Of a DNA stretch of 64,000 nucleotides, positions 51,851-64,000 are shown in pieces. The notes beneath the pieces are model-generated. The model was not told the origin of the DNA, made no database searches, and saw only the letters and a program-made list of their open reading frames with translations. Within the stretch, counting starts at the first letter, position 1. Every line of letters begins with the position of its first letter. The stretch comes from Vicugna vicugna (taxonomy: Eukaryota). The translations under genes were made by a program, and so were the position numbers. The stretch spans positions 2,882,686 to 2,946,685 of the forward strand of contig MU058337.1 in assembly GCA_013265495.1 (NCBI GenBank), written 5' to 3'.

Positions 51851-52839
51851 CTGGAAAGAACTTTAGGGGGTGCGTCAACATTGGATCTCTGAATTTTTCT
51901 GACAATCTCTTGAACCTTTGACAATCTTCATAATTGTCACCATACACATTTCTAGCCTCTTTATCTAACTCCTGCACCTGTGCATTCAACTCCTTATACT
52001 TGCTCTTGCTTTTCACCCACCTAGACATGCCTGCCATCCTCGCACTCTCCATATAAAATTCTATACGATTCATACTATGAGATACTGATCTGTGCACATT
52101 GCTTTTACCTCAAGATTATTTCTGTTTACTGCCCCATCTACCAATGAGTGGAAAACATCATTTTTCCAACTCAGGTGAAGTTCAGCCAATCCCAGATGTC
52201 CCCTGTAAATGGCATTGGTCATTGCAAATTTTGGTCCTGATCTTAATGGTTCTGCAGGTCCTTGGATTTTCAGTGCTGCAGTAACGCTGTTTTCAGCTAC
52301 TCCCTTATTTTATAGGGGCATCTCAGGCTCTGTGTTGCTACCTCAGTCTCCTTCACCAGGCAAACCGCAAATTCACCTCTGTGCTCTCCATGCTCACATC
52401 TTCCTACCACAGGAAAGGAGAGACTCCCAGTGCTGTTTTGTCTTTATCTCAAGCTCCGTTTCCACATCAATACTGTTCCTCACCCAGCAGCAACCCCATC
52501 CCCTCTGCGCCATTATCTTCATTATGCTGCTCTGGGCTGCACTGAACTAGCAACCATTTGTTTTAATCCTTGCAATTTGCTGCTCCTAGGTTGCCTTGCA
52601 TGCTAAGTAGGTTCACAAATTGTTCCCTGTATTTCACCAACCCTACGGGAGGGGTCACAGGTAACCTGGGCTAAAACCTGAGCCCTGAGAGAGAGAGGCT
52701 TGTAGCAGTACGCCAGCACACGTGCCTCAGAAATACATATTAGCAAAGATGGTTTTTGGATCATTTATCTCTATTGTTCAAAAGAAATTTTCCCCAATAT
52801 ATTTTAAATATAAATTTTACCAAAGGATAGCATAAATAA

Positions 52840-53370
52840 AGTTTACAAATGGTAAGTGTAAAAGTCAAAAGTTTCTTCCTATAATTATCACCCACAAAAA
52901 GGAAGAGATTATCTATCATCAGCCTGTCTTACTTTCTCCCACTTGCAAACTTGGCTCCCCAAATCACCATTTTATTCACATCTAACGTGCTAAGTCAGTT
53001 TTGAATAGATACAGATATAAATATATATTACATTTTTTTGTTTCTTTCAATTAAGATCCAATTCCTGAGATTCCTCTTTATACTTTTTCATTCTATACTA
53101 TGACTGTAGAACTATCTCACATACTTTATTTACCGTATTTCTTTGTCCCTGGACATTTGGGATGGTCTCAAATTTAGCAGTTATGAATGTTGCTGCATAA
53201 GTATTATTAAAGATCTCTTTTGACGCACATGTCTGCACCTGCAGACGTCCACGCACACCCTCACACACAGCTGAGCAGGATTAGCGGTAGAAATGCTAGA
53301 TCAGGAACGTCTGTCAGCTGTAGATGATACCGGCAACCTGTTTCACAAAGTACCAGGCCATTTTAATCTG
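52840..53370 (-). mobile_element. Ancient L1ME 3' fragment
   Basis: ggacatttgggatggtctcaaattt...gaatgttgctgc...agaaatgctagatca. Confidence 0.55.
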
Positions 53371-56300
53371 TGTTTTGGTTCACTTTTTAGCTTCTTGCCC
53401 AACAGAGCTTAGCAATTTGAAAAACACCTAGAGGAGAAATCTGCAAAATCTGAAGTTTACTTTTCTATCCCTCCTTACTCACCAAGACATCATCGCCTTA
53501 ATTCCTAGCTGCCTTGATTTCCCCATACTCCAATTTTCACCTCTCCAACCATCTTAGATCATCAAAACTCTGCTGTTCTCTCTGAATTTAAGCGTCAACC
53601 CTTGGCCTGAATTCTTAGCTTCTCATCCTCTGCCAAAAAGTTGTATATGACCTTAGAAGAAAGCAGCTTGAAGAAGGTCCTTCTTCTTTGAAACCGCTCC
53701 TTAGGGTCTTGATGGCCACACGCTTGCTTTAGTCAGCAGTTCTCTAGTATCTTCTGCTTTGTTGTGTTTGTGTGTTTGTGACGTGGCATTTTATCCAGTC
53801 TTCTCCGTTGCTCTCTATGATGCATGGTCTTCTCGGGGCTCTCTCTCCAGTATATTTGGGGAAATGTTGGAGCATCTCCAGCTGGGGCCCTTGGAGGGTG
53901 GGTCGGTGGTTGTTTCAGACTTCGCAGTCGAGAGAGCTGAAGTACATGCCACGGGGGAAGTACCAGGCTGCCCCTGATAGGCATGAGCTATAGAAGGAGT
54001 CCATGTACCGAAAAGCCTTTCTGCCAAAAAAAGGTGTACATTGTGAGCCTCTGATCCCAGCTGGACTAAAATAATGAGTAAGATAATGTGTGTCCTTGTC
54101 TCTACATTCAAATATTTTGAATAAAGCACCATTGGCAAATCGCTCCAACTTTCTGTTCAAATTCCAGATGTTGGATCGCTTCCAGTTCCAAAAGTTCCAC
54201 GAGTTACAATTGCCGTAGCTTTGGCATTAGAACCAGACACACACCTTCTAAACTACCATTTACAAAACTTCCACGTTATCTCAAACTATTATGATTTTGA
54301 TATCATTAGCAGTGTCAGAATATACACATGAGATCCAGGTCAGTTCTTATATTGTCCTGGAATGGTGGGGAGATTGTGAGATGTTATCAGGCAAATGGAA
54401 ACATAGTTGAAGTGAAAAAGGGCAGGGTCTCAAATAGGTATTTCCCTTTATAGTACAAACGCGTTTTATGATTACAAACATGGTTTTACTTGTAAAAAAG
54501 GGAGACTTTCTCTAATTATTTGGCGCATTATGTGTAAATCTTTATTCAGCAAATATCTAAAAAACAATTACTCCATGCTATGCAGACTTTTTCACATAAA
54601 CTGCATTCAGATATATTAAGCATGTTTGTTGAATGACCAAGTTTGTTACATCCAGATTCTGTCTCAGCATACACCGAACTTACAATTTTAAAAAATATTT
54701 TTAGGAATCTTAAAAAACACTGTTTTAAGAAAAAGAAAAAGTGCACCCAAAAGTAAAATGAAAGAGATGGTATAATTACAAAAGTATAAACTACCGGCGG
54801 GTGGGGGGTGGAGTGGAAATCCATCTCACACCTCCCACCGAGGGTACCACTTGTCTGGCAATTATCCTAAGTGCTTCCCCACCACTGAGAGGGAGAAAGG
54901 GCGCTGCTGGGCTCCTGCTTCTGAGCTGTGTGTTGCTTTTTCACCCAGTCTATCCCTGTAAATAACTTCTCAAAACCCTTCAATACCCATTTCAAAAGCA
55001 CTCCTCAAAGCAAAGTACCCACTCGTCCTTCCACCTCAGAACTTTGTATTCCGACTGCCAAAATGTCACAAAGGTTGGAGCTGGCCTGCTGAGAACCACC
55101 TCCCTGGGTGCCACCCAGGTACTGTAGCTCACGTTCTCTTTTAATGATGGCAGAATGTTATTTTAGTTAACTCACAGACACTGAAATAAAGAGAAAATGG
55201 AACCGGGAACTAAATGCCTTCAGTTTGCTGCCGATAAATAAAAATGCCTATGTTTGTGGCTGCATTCTATTATATACATGGTTCTCCAGTTTTGTTGATT
55301 TGTTTTGTTTTTTGATATGTGTACGTAACATCAACAATTTTGGATGGCATTTGGGAGAATAATATCTTATGTCAAAAGCCAGACTAAGCTATTTCAAATA
55401 GACATATTTCAGTTAAAACCGGGAGGTGATAGTATGTGTCTGGAGATCTGTGGTCACAGTGCTGATGCTAAGTGCTCTGTTCCGCGAACAGGCCACATCA
55501 TAAGCTTGCAACAGTATCTCAGAGGGCTGGAACCCGAGGTCCACGGCAGTGTCTTTCAGCTTTAATGTTCCATCTCCTGCTGCCTACCTGCTGTGCAGAC
55601 CTTCCCTCATAGCTGGATCTTTGCAACAGAATTCTAGCGAGTGTGTTGTCCTTCAAATCCTTTTGTCATCCATACTTTTTCCCGCCACCTTGCATACAGC
55701 TGCTCAGCTCATCACGCATCAGTCATGTGCTTCTCTGCCCATGATGCCATCACATAAAATACAAACTGATGTTTGAATGCCAATATCTACAACAATTTTA
55801 TCCAACCTCATTCTATACTTCGAAGTTTATATTCCACTAGTAGCCTCCATCCCTATCTCACTGTTCATTCGTTTTTTGGGTTTTTTAAAAAAATTTTTCC
55901 CTTGAACCTCATCTTGAACCCACTGATCCATCTACTTCTGCTGTTTTCCACAAGTAAAGTACATTTCCTCTGCCTTCCTTTCCAACATTTCAAAAGAGCT
56001 TCGTGTTTTCAGTGGCCGCCTGTAATCACTTTAAGCTATGCTTTCTGTTTTCCTTAAATCCTATTCAAGTATGAGATGATCTTTCTAAGTTTTGTCTCCC
56101 TCAAGTGCCTCGAAGCCCCTTGAAAGCTAGGACACATGTAGCATATGTACGGCTGGCCACAACCACGACACAAGGGTAAGAGGTTTCTGAATTCCATGTC
56201 ACATCTTTAGATGAATTAGGCATATTATTTAAGGATAAGAAAGTGTAGGTTTTGACCAAGAAGCTTAATGACACGTATAAGATAAAAGGAGGAGGGGCGG

Positions 56301-56552
56301 TATCTTATCAAATCAAAAACATTTTAAGGGGCTAGGAATCAGTTAATGGGCTCCCATAACAAGGAATGGAAGAGCTATGGGAACACATAGAAGATGCTTT
56401 GAAAGGATTTGTGAGTTGCATGCTCAGAACCTCTCAAGGAGGATGGGTGGGTGGATTTCAGGTCTCAGCCCAAGGCTGGTGAGAGAGGCTTCACTTGGAT
56501 CGTTGATAAACCTTAAAACCTGTCTCCTACAGTTGAGGGCACGGAAAGATGG

Positions 56553-56940
56553 TGTACCGATCAGGGTTCTTTTATAATACAGAGGTAGCTAGGTAGAAAA
56601 AGATATTTTAAAGAATTGGCATAAATGATCATGGAGGCTAGAAATTCTGAAATCTACAGGGAAGTCTCTCAGGCTGGAAGTCTGGACAGGGGCTGCTGTC
56701 CCAGCATTAAGGTAGAATGTCTTTTTTTCTGGGAAAGCTCAGTTTTTGCTCTGAAGGCTTTTACCTGGTTAGATGAGACATATCCTCATACTGTGAAAAA
56801 TCTCCTTCACTTAATATTAACTGATTCTAGATGTTAACTGTATCTAAAAGATACCTTCATAGAAATGCCTAGATTAATGTGTGGTTGGATAACTGAGTGC
56901 TATAGACTGGTTAAGCTGCAACACAAAACTAACTGTCACT
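56553..56940 (-). mobile_element. ERVL LTR (MLT2B/C-like)
   Basis: tcagggttct, attttaaagaattggc...tggaggctagaaattctgaaatct, agatgttaact, acacaaaactaactgtcac. Confidence 0.8.
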
Positions 56941-58360
56941 GGCGGTATTTGAACCTTTGCCTGAGAAATCTCAAACACAAGCAACACTCTAAGTGTGATG
57001 GTGGCCATAAACAAGAGGTGGCAGCTTCCCTGGGATTAATTCCACCGGGGTTTGTGCGGACCTCATCAACCTGACAGGGATTCAGAATGAAGCCATCTTA
57101 AATTCTGTCGACTAAGACCGCCTACAAGCGAGGGCAGCCCTCATCCCAGGATTGCCGAAGTCATCACAGGGTCCCGAGAGACTGAGAAGCGAGTAAATGA
57201 AGGGTCAGAGAATCATGAACTAACTGCATCGAGGGCTGCAGGTGAGATGGTCCTGGCAGTGGGGCTTCGGGCTCCATTTACCACGTGTGCCTATCAGAAG
57301 GAAGACTCACTTATACCCAGAAGCCATCACCAGGAACCTAAAAGTCACCCTCTGCAACTCCAGTTGCAAAATAGGATCTCCTGCCTTTCTTTTTCTCCCC
57401 TCCACGAACACCCTTCAATACCCAAGGAGCTTGAAACAGTCCCCAGCGAGTGAGGAGAAGGTGATGAGTGCGGGGTACAGGGAAGCGGGCACAGGTCCTC
57501 CCCAGGCTGCAGGTCCCCAGGCTGCAGGTAGCCAGCCTGAAGCCAGTTGGAGCTGGAGAAGTGCAGCAGCTTCAATAGTTAAAGAAATCAGAAATATGAC
57601 TAATTCAGGGGAACGAACATCCGAGGATCCAATTCGAGATTTTTGTGAGTGTTCCTTAAATTAACCAAAAGAACTTTTGCCAAATAAGAGTTATTAGAAA
57701 AGCCATGAGACTGTCTGAATTTTCATCCAGGGACATAATGAATAAATTTCCATACTATAAATTTTAAAAGTGCAATAGCAGACACAGTAAGTTTGCTCTG
57801 GGATAGCTTCCCTTGACTCAAACTTGTGCAAAATACAGGCTGCACTGCTCCTTGGGTGGCAGAAAAGGTGGTACCAGCAAGATATAAGATATAATATTAG
57901 AACTAAGAATGCTTTGAAGTTAGGGATTATACTGCAGCCTATAGGCTTGTAGAGACAAGAAGGGGCAGAAATAAATAAATGTGAATTTTTGGTAGACTCA
58001 ATGAGGCTGGTCTAACTGGATAGAGAGTATTGTGTTATAGGGTAGTGGAATATAGCAATTTTTAACTGCTTAGATAAGAACTTTAATTTCACAGGTAATT
58101 GAAAGTCTTTACATGTTTTTGAAAAGTAAACCACAGTGATTCAATCACACACATATGTGCTATCGTGTATCCAATATTACTGTAGTGTTCAATGCAATCA
58201 TTTTGCATATTTTAAGCTACCTTCATTTTTTCTTTTCTTAAAAAAGCAGCATTCTAAAGAGCACAAAATTGTAAAACTTTAGAATTTAATTTACCTAATA
58301 ACTTTCTTCTGGTGATATATCAGAAGAAAATCATTAGGCAAATTATACCTAAGGTGTCCG

Positions 58361-58395
58361 TCTATCTGTCTATCTGTCTATCTAGCTATCTATCT
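58361..58395. repeat. (TCTA/TCTG)n tetranucleotide repeat
   Basis: tcta tctg tcta tctg tcta tcta gcta tcta. Confidence 0.9.
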
Positions 58396-59239
58396 CAAGG
58401 GTCAGAAGGGAAAATGAGGATGGCATTAGGAGAACATAAGTACAGTGAAATAATAAGAAAAACGTGAAACTGGTGATCTAAGAGTGGGATCCTGTGACAC
58501 ACAACTTGCAGGCAGCTTGTCACATCTCATTCTGTGGCTAGAACACTGTTGTGCATAGAGGCAAGGTCACCCCTCTGTGCTTCTTCCTCCCTGGCATCTC
58601 TCTTTGTGACCACTCCTGCCTACCCCATGGCAATGGAAGTTCTCATGGAATACGGGCACTGCCTGTCTCACCTCCCACTGCCTGTGAGTCACGAGTTTCT
58701 CTTGAGTTCTCCATGTGTAAGACCAACTATTTTGAAATAGCGCTCACGGTTCTTTGTGAATGGGCCTCTGATGCCCTTTCCAGCCCCGTCTCTTAACATT
58801 TTCCTGCTCCGTGCATTCTAGTGAAAGTCCTGCAGCACCGCGATGGTTTAGAGCAAAATCAGGGTGTGGATGACATCAAGCCATCGTTAAACACACTCGA
58901 AATGTTTGAAGATGGATTCACTGTGGTTACTTTCAACAGGGACATGAAAGCTTCTATTCTTATCAAGATTTGATGAAAACCAGTGTGTGAATAATGAACA
59001 CTCATTGCTTGTTCTGGGGGAGTAGATTGCCTCAGATCTCAGTGCCAGGTCGTGGCAGGTTAGTTTCCAAGCCCTGCTTTAACAAAAGCAACCTTTCCCA
59101 TTAACCTCGGAGACACACTTAGAACAGGATGGTCACATTGCCCCTCTGTTCACACACATCTGACCCAATCCTCTTCTCCATTGTATATTGGTTAAAAGTA
59201 AGGCTATTAGACAACAATGGCCAAAGGCTTAGGCTTTGG

Positions 59240-59410
59240 GTCGATTGACATGTAGAATTAATTTTCTGCTTTCCGCCTACTATCTGTGTTACCTTAGGAA
59301 ACACGGCAGACTTAATCTCTCAGTACTTCCCAATTGTCATCAGGAAAGTTGAATTTTTATTTGTGATTTAAGATAAAATATAACTAAACAAGGAAAACAC
59401 TTAGAAATTA
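59240..59410 (+). mobile_element. MIR SINE fragment
   Basis: ccgcctactatctgtgttaccttagga...ctctcagt...ttgtgatttaagataaaata. Confidence 0.5.
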
Positions 59411-59779
59411 AAGTCTGAAGACTGCTGCTCTAAATTTTGAGGATCTCAGTTTTTATTTACAACTTTCTTTTCACCTTTAACCCCAGTGGTGCCAAAGAGG
59501 CTTTTTTTTCAAATGTAGTGATCTCAGTTTTATTTTCCTCCAGTTCCTGGAAGATCCAACTTCTCCTTGGATTTAGACTGCCCTTTTATATGAGCACTAT
59601 CACCAGAATTACCATTGATTCCCTTCCATGTTTTTCAGTAGATCTCTTCACTTCATTTCTAAACTTGAAAAATGTAAAAATCAAACAAACAAAGCATGGA
59701 AAAAGTGCTCAAAAAGCTCAATGGTCTCTTAAAAAATAAAAACAACAACAAAAAATACCTTTCATCTACATTTTATTTA

Positions 59780-60140
59780 ATGTCATCAAACTCTTTCCCT
59801 ACGCAAATTTTGTTAATATTTGTAATTATTCAGTAAATAGATTTCTGTGCTCTGCTTTATTCACATAACCAGAAAAACAAGCCCCTTTCTACACTATTTC
59901 AACTTCTCTCTAAATATAATTTTAATAGGTACAAAAACGGTTTTTGCTAAAGTTGATATTCTGATATACATAATAATTTCACAACCATTTAACAATAGTT
60001 TCTAAAAACTCAGCATTATAAATAATGTTTAGGGAATGTCTCAGTGCTTACAGGTTTTTATGATGCTGTCAGATTATTTTTGAACTGTTTGCCCAAAATA
60101 GAGTTGCCTAGTGAAAGAATATGAGGGTTGTACGCTTTTC
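59780..60140 (-). mobile_element. Ancient L1ME fragment
   Basis: cattataaataatg...agtgaaagaatatgagggtt L1 3'-region-like motifs. Confidence 0.4.
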
Positions 60141-60407
60141 ACATTCATTGTCCTGTGTAACATCTGTCTTCATGGTCTACTTTTAGCACATCATGGTACC
60201 CAGGGAGATTATCTATAAAGATCCCTTCAATTGTTTATTGAAACAGCCTTTTTAATTTATTATTACATACCAAACACCATTATAGACATTGATGATTCTC
60301 TTGTGAACAAGACAGAAAAGATATCTTTTTCTGGGGCTTACAATTTCAGTAGAGTGAGAGAGGAAGCAATCATAAATCAAGCGGGAAGAAAGAAAATGAA
60401 AGGTTGA

Positions 60408-60480
60408 TGGGTGGGAGGGAAGGAAGGAGGGAAGGAAAAGGGGAAGGAAGGAAGGAGGGAAGAAGAGAGGAGGGGAGAAA
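60408..60480. repeat. (GGAA)n-like purine repeat
   Basis: gggagggaaggaaggagggaaggaaaggggaaggaaggaagg. Confidence 0.9.
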
Positions 60481-62316
60481 ACATGAAACAAGAAGCAAAA
60501 TGAAATGAAAAAAAATGAGGTCCAGTGAAAGTCTCTGCGGACAATTGTAATGTATGTAACATTTAGTTGGTCCAATTAGGAGCTAAAGAACCAAAATTTT
60601 TAATAATGTGACTAATGAATTGAACAACAACTTTAAAATTCAGGCAGGAACATGTGCTTGTCCAAAGGGTTAGGAAATATTAGTTCAAAGTTCAGAATTT
60701 TCATAGAAAACACAAGTAAGTGAAATATCAATCATGGGAAATTCAAGACTCATATGTGACCTAAATTCACTCTGAATGGTACAGAGGGATTCCTCATTTC
60801 TACATTTTGGGGAAAATCTTCTTGATGTAAGTGGTAAAGATGAGGACTTTTATGAACTCCATCTTATCTTAAAATATCTCCAGGAACCTGAGGCACAGAA
60901 ACCTATCATCTCGCCAATAAGGATTGAAATGCGAACATGGATATTAACTCATGAGAGCATAATATAGGAAGAAACGAATCATTTTGACTTTCCAATGGTA
61001 TTTGATAGGAAGACGTCCGATTAGATCACTAAGGTTATTTCTCACAAGCCAGAGCAAGGGAAGCGTTTAGAGAAGGGCACCTGGCCTCATGGTTTTCTGA
61101 GGGAGGGTCTTGGCTTCTCCTTGTGAGGACAACGGCATGTTCCAAATGGATTTGTTTGTTATCTTCTTCGCAGATGATCACAGAACATGTGACGACTCAA
61201 AGAGACTTCCAAAAGCAAATAACTCAATTAAGGAAGACACTGTCCCAAGAAAGATAGTATGGTTGCTATCGATCAGTTAGTTACTAAAAGTATTCGTTTT
61301 TCAGTACCAGTGTCTTGCAAGTGCTTAATAGTGACTTCATTCCTTTCATTTGCATGGCAACCGATTAGGATTGTGTTCAAGATATTACTTCTTAAACTGA
61401 ATATTTTACCCTTGACTTTTTCCCTTTACTGCAATTTTTAATTTTTCGATTGCCAGGAAATTTTCCAATCTGAGGCTGAGCGTAGCGTTAGAGTGGAGCG
61501 GTTGTCTGCATAACAATATTTTTGAAAATTAATTAGTCATCGAGATAATGATCCCTTTTTTCTCCTTGGGATTCTCACTTGCTGAGAAATAGTGTGAATT
61601 TTTTTTCTTTTTCCAAATTGAGTGGTGGCTTTTGCAGAACAATGAGAGAGCTGGTTCAGCGTGGGTGTCTTTTGTTTTAAAGTACTGTCTTCCATTGTGA
61701 AATTAAATTCAGCGAGCCATGTTCAATATTAATGCTATTTCTCGTTTCTTAATAGGTTCATATTTACATTTTGCAGTGTGAAAAATATCTGGTTTAAATT
61801 GGTCAGAGGGTCTCTTAAGAAGAAATATATGTTTATTAATTTATTCTTCAGGTTCTAGTATCAGGGGACTAATGTAGACATGTTTTATATATATATTTTT
61901 TCCCTCCTCAGTGTGTGGGTGGTTGCAAGCAGTAACTTTTCTATCCTTTCAAATCAGTCTTTTGCAAACTGCCTAGGGGAATCCTCCTGCCCCAGAAACT
62001 CAGAATCAACTGACTTGGGGTGATGTTTGGCGTGGCCTTTTGTTAAGCTCCCTCGGTCAGACCCATCACTCGCATTTGTCAGGCCGGAGCAAGAGAACAT
62101 AAACATGTCCAAATATTTTCAACTGCTGCACTAAGTTATCAAATTCTCAACGAGAGATGTTCCGTCATCCTACCTGGATGGCACGTCCTTGTAAGGATCC
62201 AAAGGCTGGTTACACAAGTTGAGTTTGAGGATCCTGGCAGTTCTCACAGGAACATGACTTCATGGAGTGAGTCAGGCTGACCCTCTTCCTGCCTGCAGCT
62301 CTGTCCTGCACCGTGA

Positions 62317-62367
62317 CACACCTGTGTAGACGCCCCATCCCACACCTGTGTAGACGCCCCATCCCAC
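62317..62367. repeat. Perfect 24-bp tandem duplication
   Basis: cacacctgtgtagacgccccatcc twice, plus cac. Confidence 0.95.
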
Positions 62368-62854
62368 CAGTGGACAGACACTCTCAGGACTAGAGGTGTG
62401 ACCAGGGAACAGGACGTGGTCTGTCCTCGAGAGGGTGGATGTAGGACAGAGCCTCTTAGGGTCTGGAAGGGAGCTTGGGCCTTTTTGTCAGGGAACTCTG
62501 GAGCCCTGGGCACCTGGAGCACAGGTTAGAAGGGAAGGGTTATTGGCCTTGTGTGAGTGTGTCTCCATGGAGAGTTAGAGCAGGTCTCCAGGAAGAGCCC
62601 TGGCGGCACCAGGGAGCGGCCAGGATGGAGCATCACGGCTCCGCCCTTCTGTGCTGAAGGTGCCCAGTGCTTGAGGTCTTAGCACAATGCCTGTCATTGT
62701 ACAACTCAGGAACAGTGTCTCTAGACTTAATGAAGGATTAACTCGTAGCATTTCATAGCATATCTCATAATAGTATTATCTGAAATGATACCTTAGGCAT
62801 AGCATTATATACATATCATTCTAATCTAAAAATTAACCCTAATTTTTTTGTTGT

Positions 62855-62858
<4 letters not shown>

Positions 62859-62884
<26 letters not shown>
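62859..62884. repeat. (TG)13 microsatellite followed by CT/CA low-complexity sequence to about 63110
   Basis: Read directly. Confidence 0.95.
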
Positions 62885-62885
<1 letters not shown>

Positions 62886-64000
62886 TCACAATCTGAAGTC
62901 TGTCTGTTTCTCTTTCTCTCTGACTCCATCTGGTTGCTCTGTACCATGTCCTACAGTTTTCTCTACTGCATTCTCTCCCCCTTGGTTTCTTATTCTTTCT
63001 CTCCTATGCACTGTGTTTCTCTCTTTCTCTGTCACTCCTGTGTGCTTCAGTCTCTTTCCTTAAAAACATACACACTCAGGTACACTCACACACACACATG
63101 CACACATAAGCACCAAACAGACTGAAATACGGATGCATAAAAGAGTTAGATACAGATATGACTTGTTCAAGAGTATCCGGAGATTGACAGGTGTGAATAT
63201 TGTTTGCATCCAAATCAGAACACCTCCTCCCAGCTGGACACCATTCTTAGAAGAGATTTTTGTTCCCTTCCCACATATTTCTCTGGCTGGGAAGAACGTG
63301 AGTACAGTATACTCGAAGCGCCACCATTTTAACTTAGTAACTACGCGAAGTCCAGTTAATAAACACACAGCTGTTACCTCTTTGGGTAGACAGATGGCGT
63401 GTGTCACGTACCTACCGAGGAGAGGAGGGGGACTTCCTGGGAGCAGTTTGCGGGCCGTTAATTGATGAAGCAGTGATGTCAATGACCAGATGCGAGAGGG
63501 CGAAGGACTGTGGCATTTCATTACATAACTGAATAACTCTATGTTCTAAAATAGACTAAATTATTTGATTCGGATGCAGTTCTCTCTAATGTCCATGGAG
63601 ATTACGGTAGAGTCACATTAACCAAGCTGCTCCAGGCCAGGGATCTATCATCCAGCAACTACGTCCTGCTTTCATTCAGAAGCAGGTCTTCCGGTTCTCT
63701 CCTTTTACGTCCTCCCTCTTAGATGCTCACGCACTTCAGAATGGCGCTGCGGTATTTAAAAAAATCCACATCGTGCATGCTGCTTCCTATAATTTATTTT
63801 CCCACTTCAATAACTGTGTAAACATTGATAAAGTTGTGCTTTTCATTTTGGAGGGCACACGTGTGGCCCTGTAGGACATCATTTAAAGAAAACTGACCTG
63901 TTACTCTGCATTATCAGTTTAGATCTAGCCAGCAACGTTGAAATGTGTTTGGTATTCTTCAAATAGATTAACAGAGGAGAAGTGAGTTTTTTTTTTTTTT

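Noticed and set aside
57242..57664. 140-aa plus-strand ORF
   Set aside because: Non-ATG start, partly built from a short local duplication, no family resemblance.
63060..63521. 153-aa minus-strand ORF
   Set aside because: Runs into CA low-complexity sequence; no recognisable domain or splice context.
1..64000. Naming the host gene
   Set aside because: I could not match the spliced peptide to any protein from memory; a database search is required.

Overview
Mammalian genomic DNA, mostly AT-rich and non-coding. It looks most like a camelid or related laurasiatherian: the young L1 3' UTR and ERV1-type LTRs resemble camelid repeats as I recall them, and I saw no Alu, B1/B2, Bov-A, CanSINE or PRE-1 SINEs. 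This species call is an inference. Most ORFs in the supplied track appear to be noise. The main signal is a chain of small minus-strand exons with consensus splice sites: 26630/26708-26744, 17970-18011, 9915-9960, an optional 9455-9504, and a terminal exon starting at 5488. They splice in one open frame to ...SRYYSARSTDFQ[RKCIASGRGRSADILLPSYLAPSHYG](L/M)AWPMTKPTQTLLKDHGRQVVEMQAENSQ-IAT* or -MYTIAG*. This reads as the 3' end of a large-intron gene that I could not name, with an in-frame alternative donor and a stop-bearing cassette exon that could switch the C-terminus. The remainder is intron or intergenic sequence with MaLR/MLT LTRs, two oppositely oriented solo ERV1-type LTRs with target-site duplications, nested L1 fragments, L2, MIR, MER5/MER58 relics, microsatellites and a few candidate enhancers. 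I found no rRNA, tRNA, CRISPR array or prokaryotic system. Repeat family names and most repeat boundaries are by-eye approximations.
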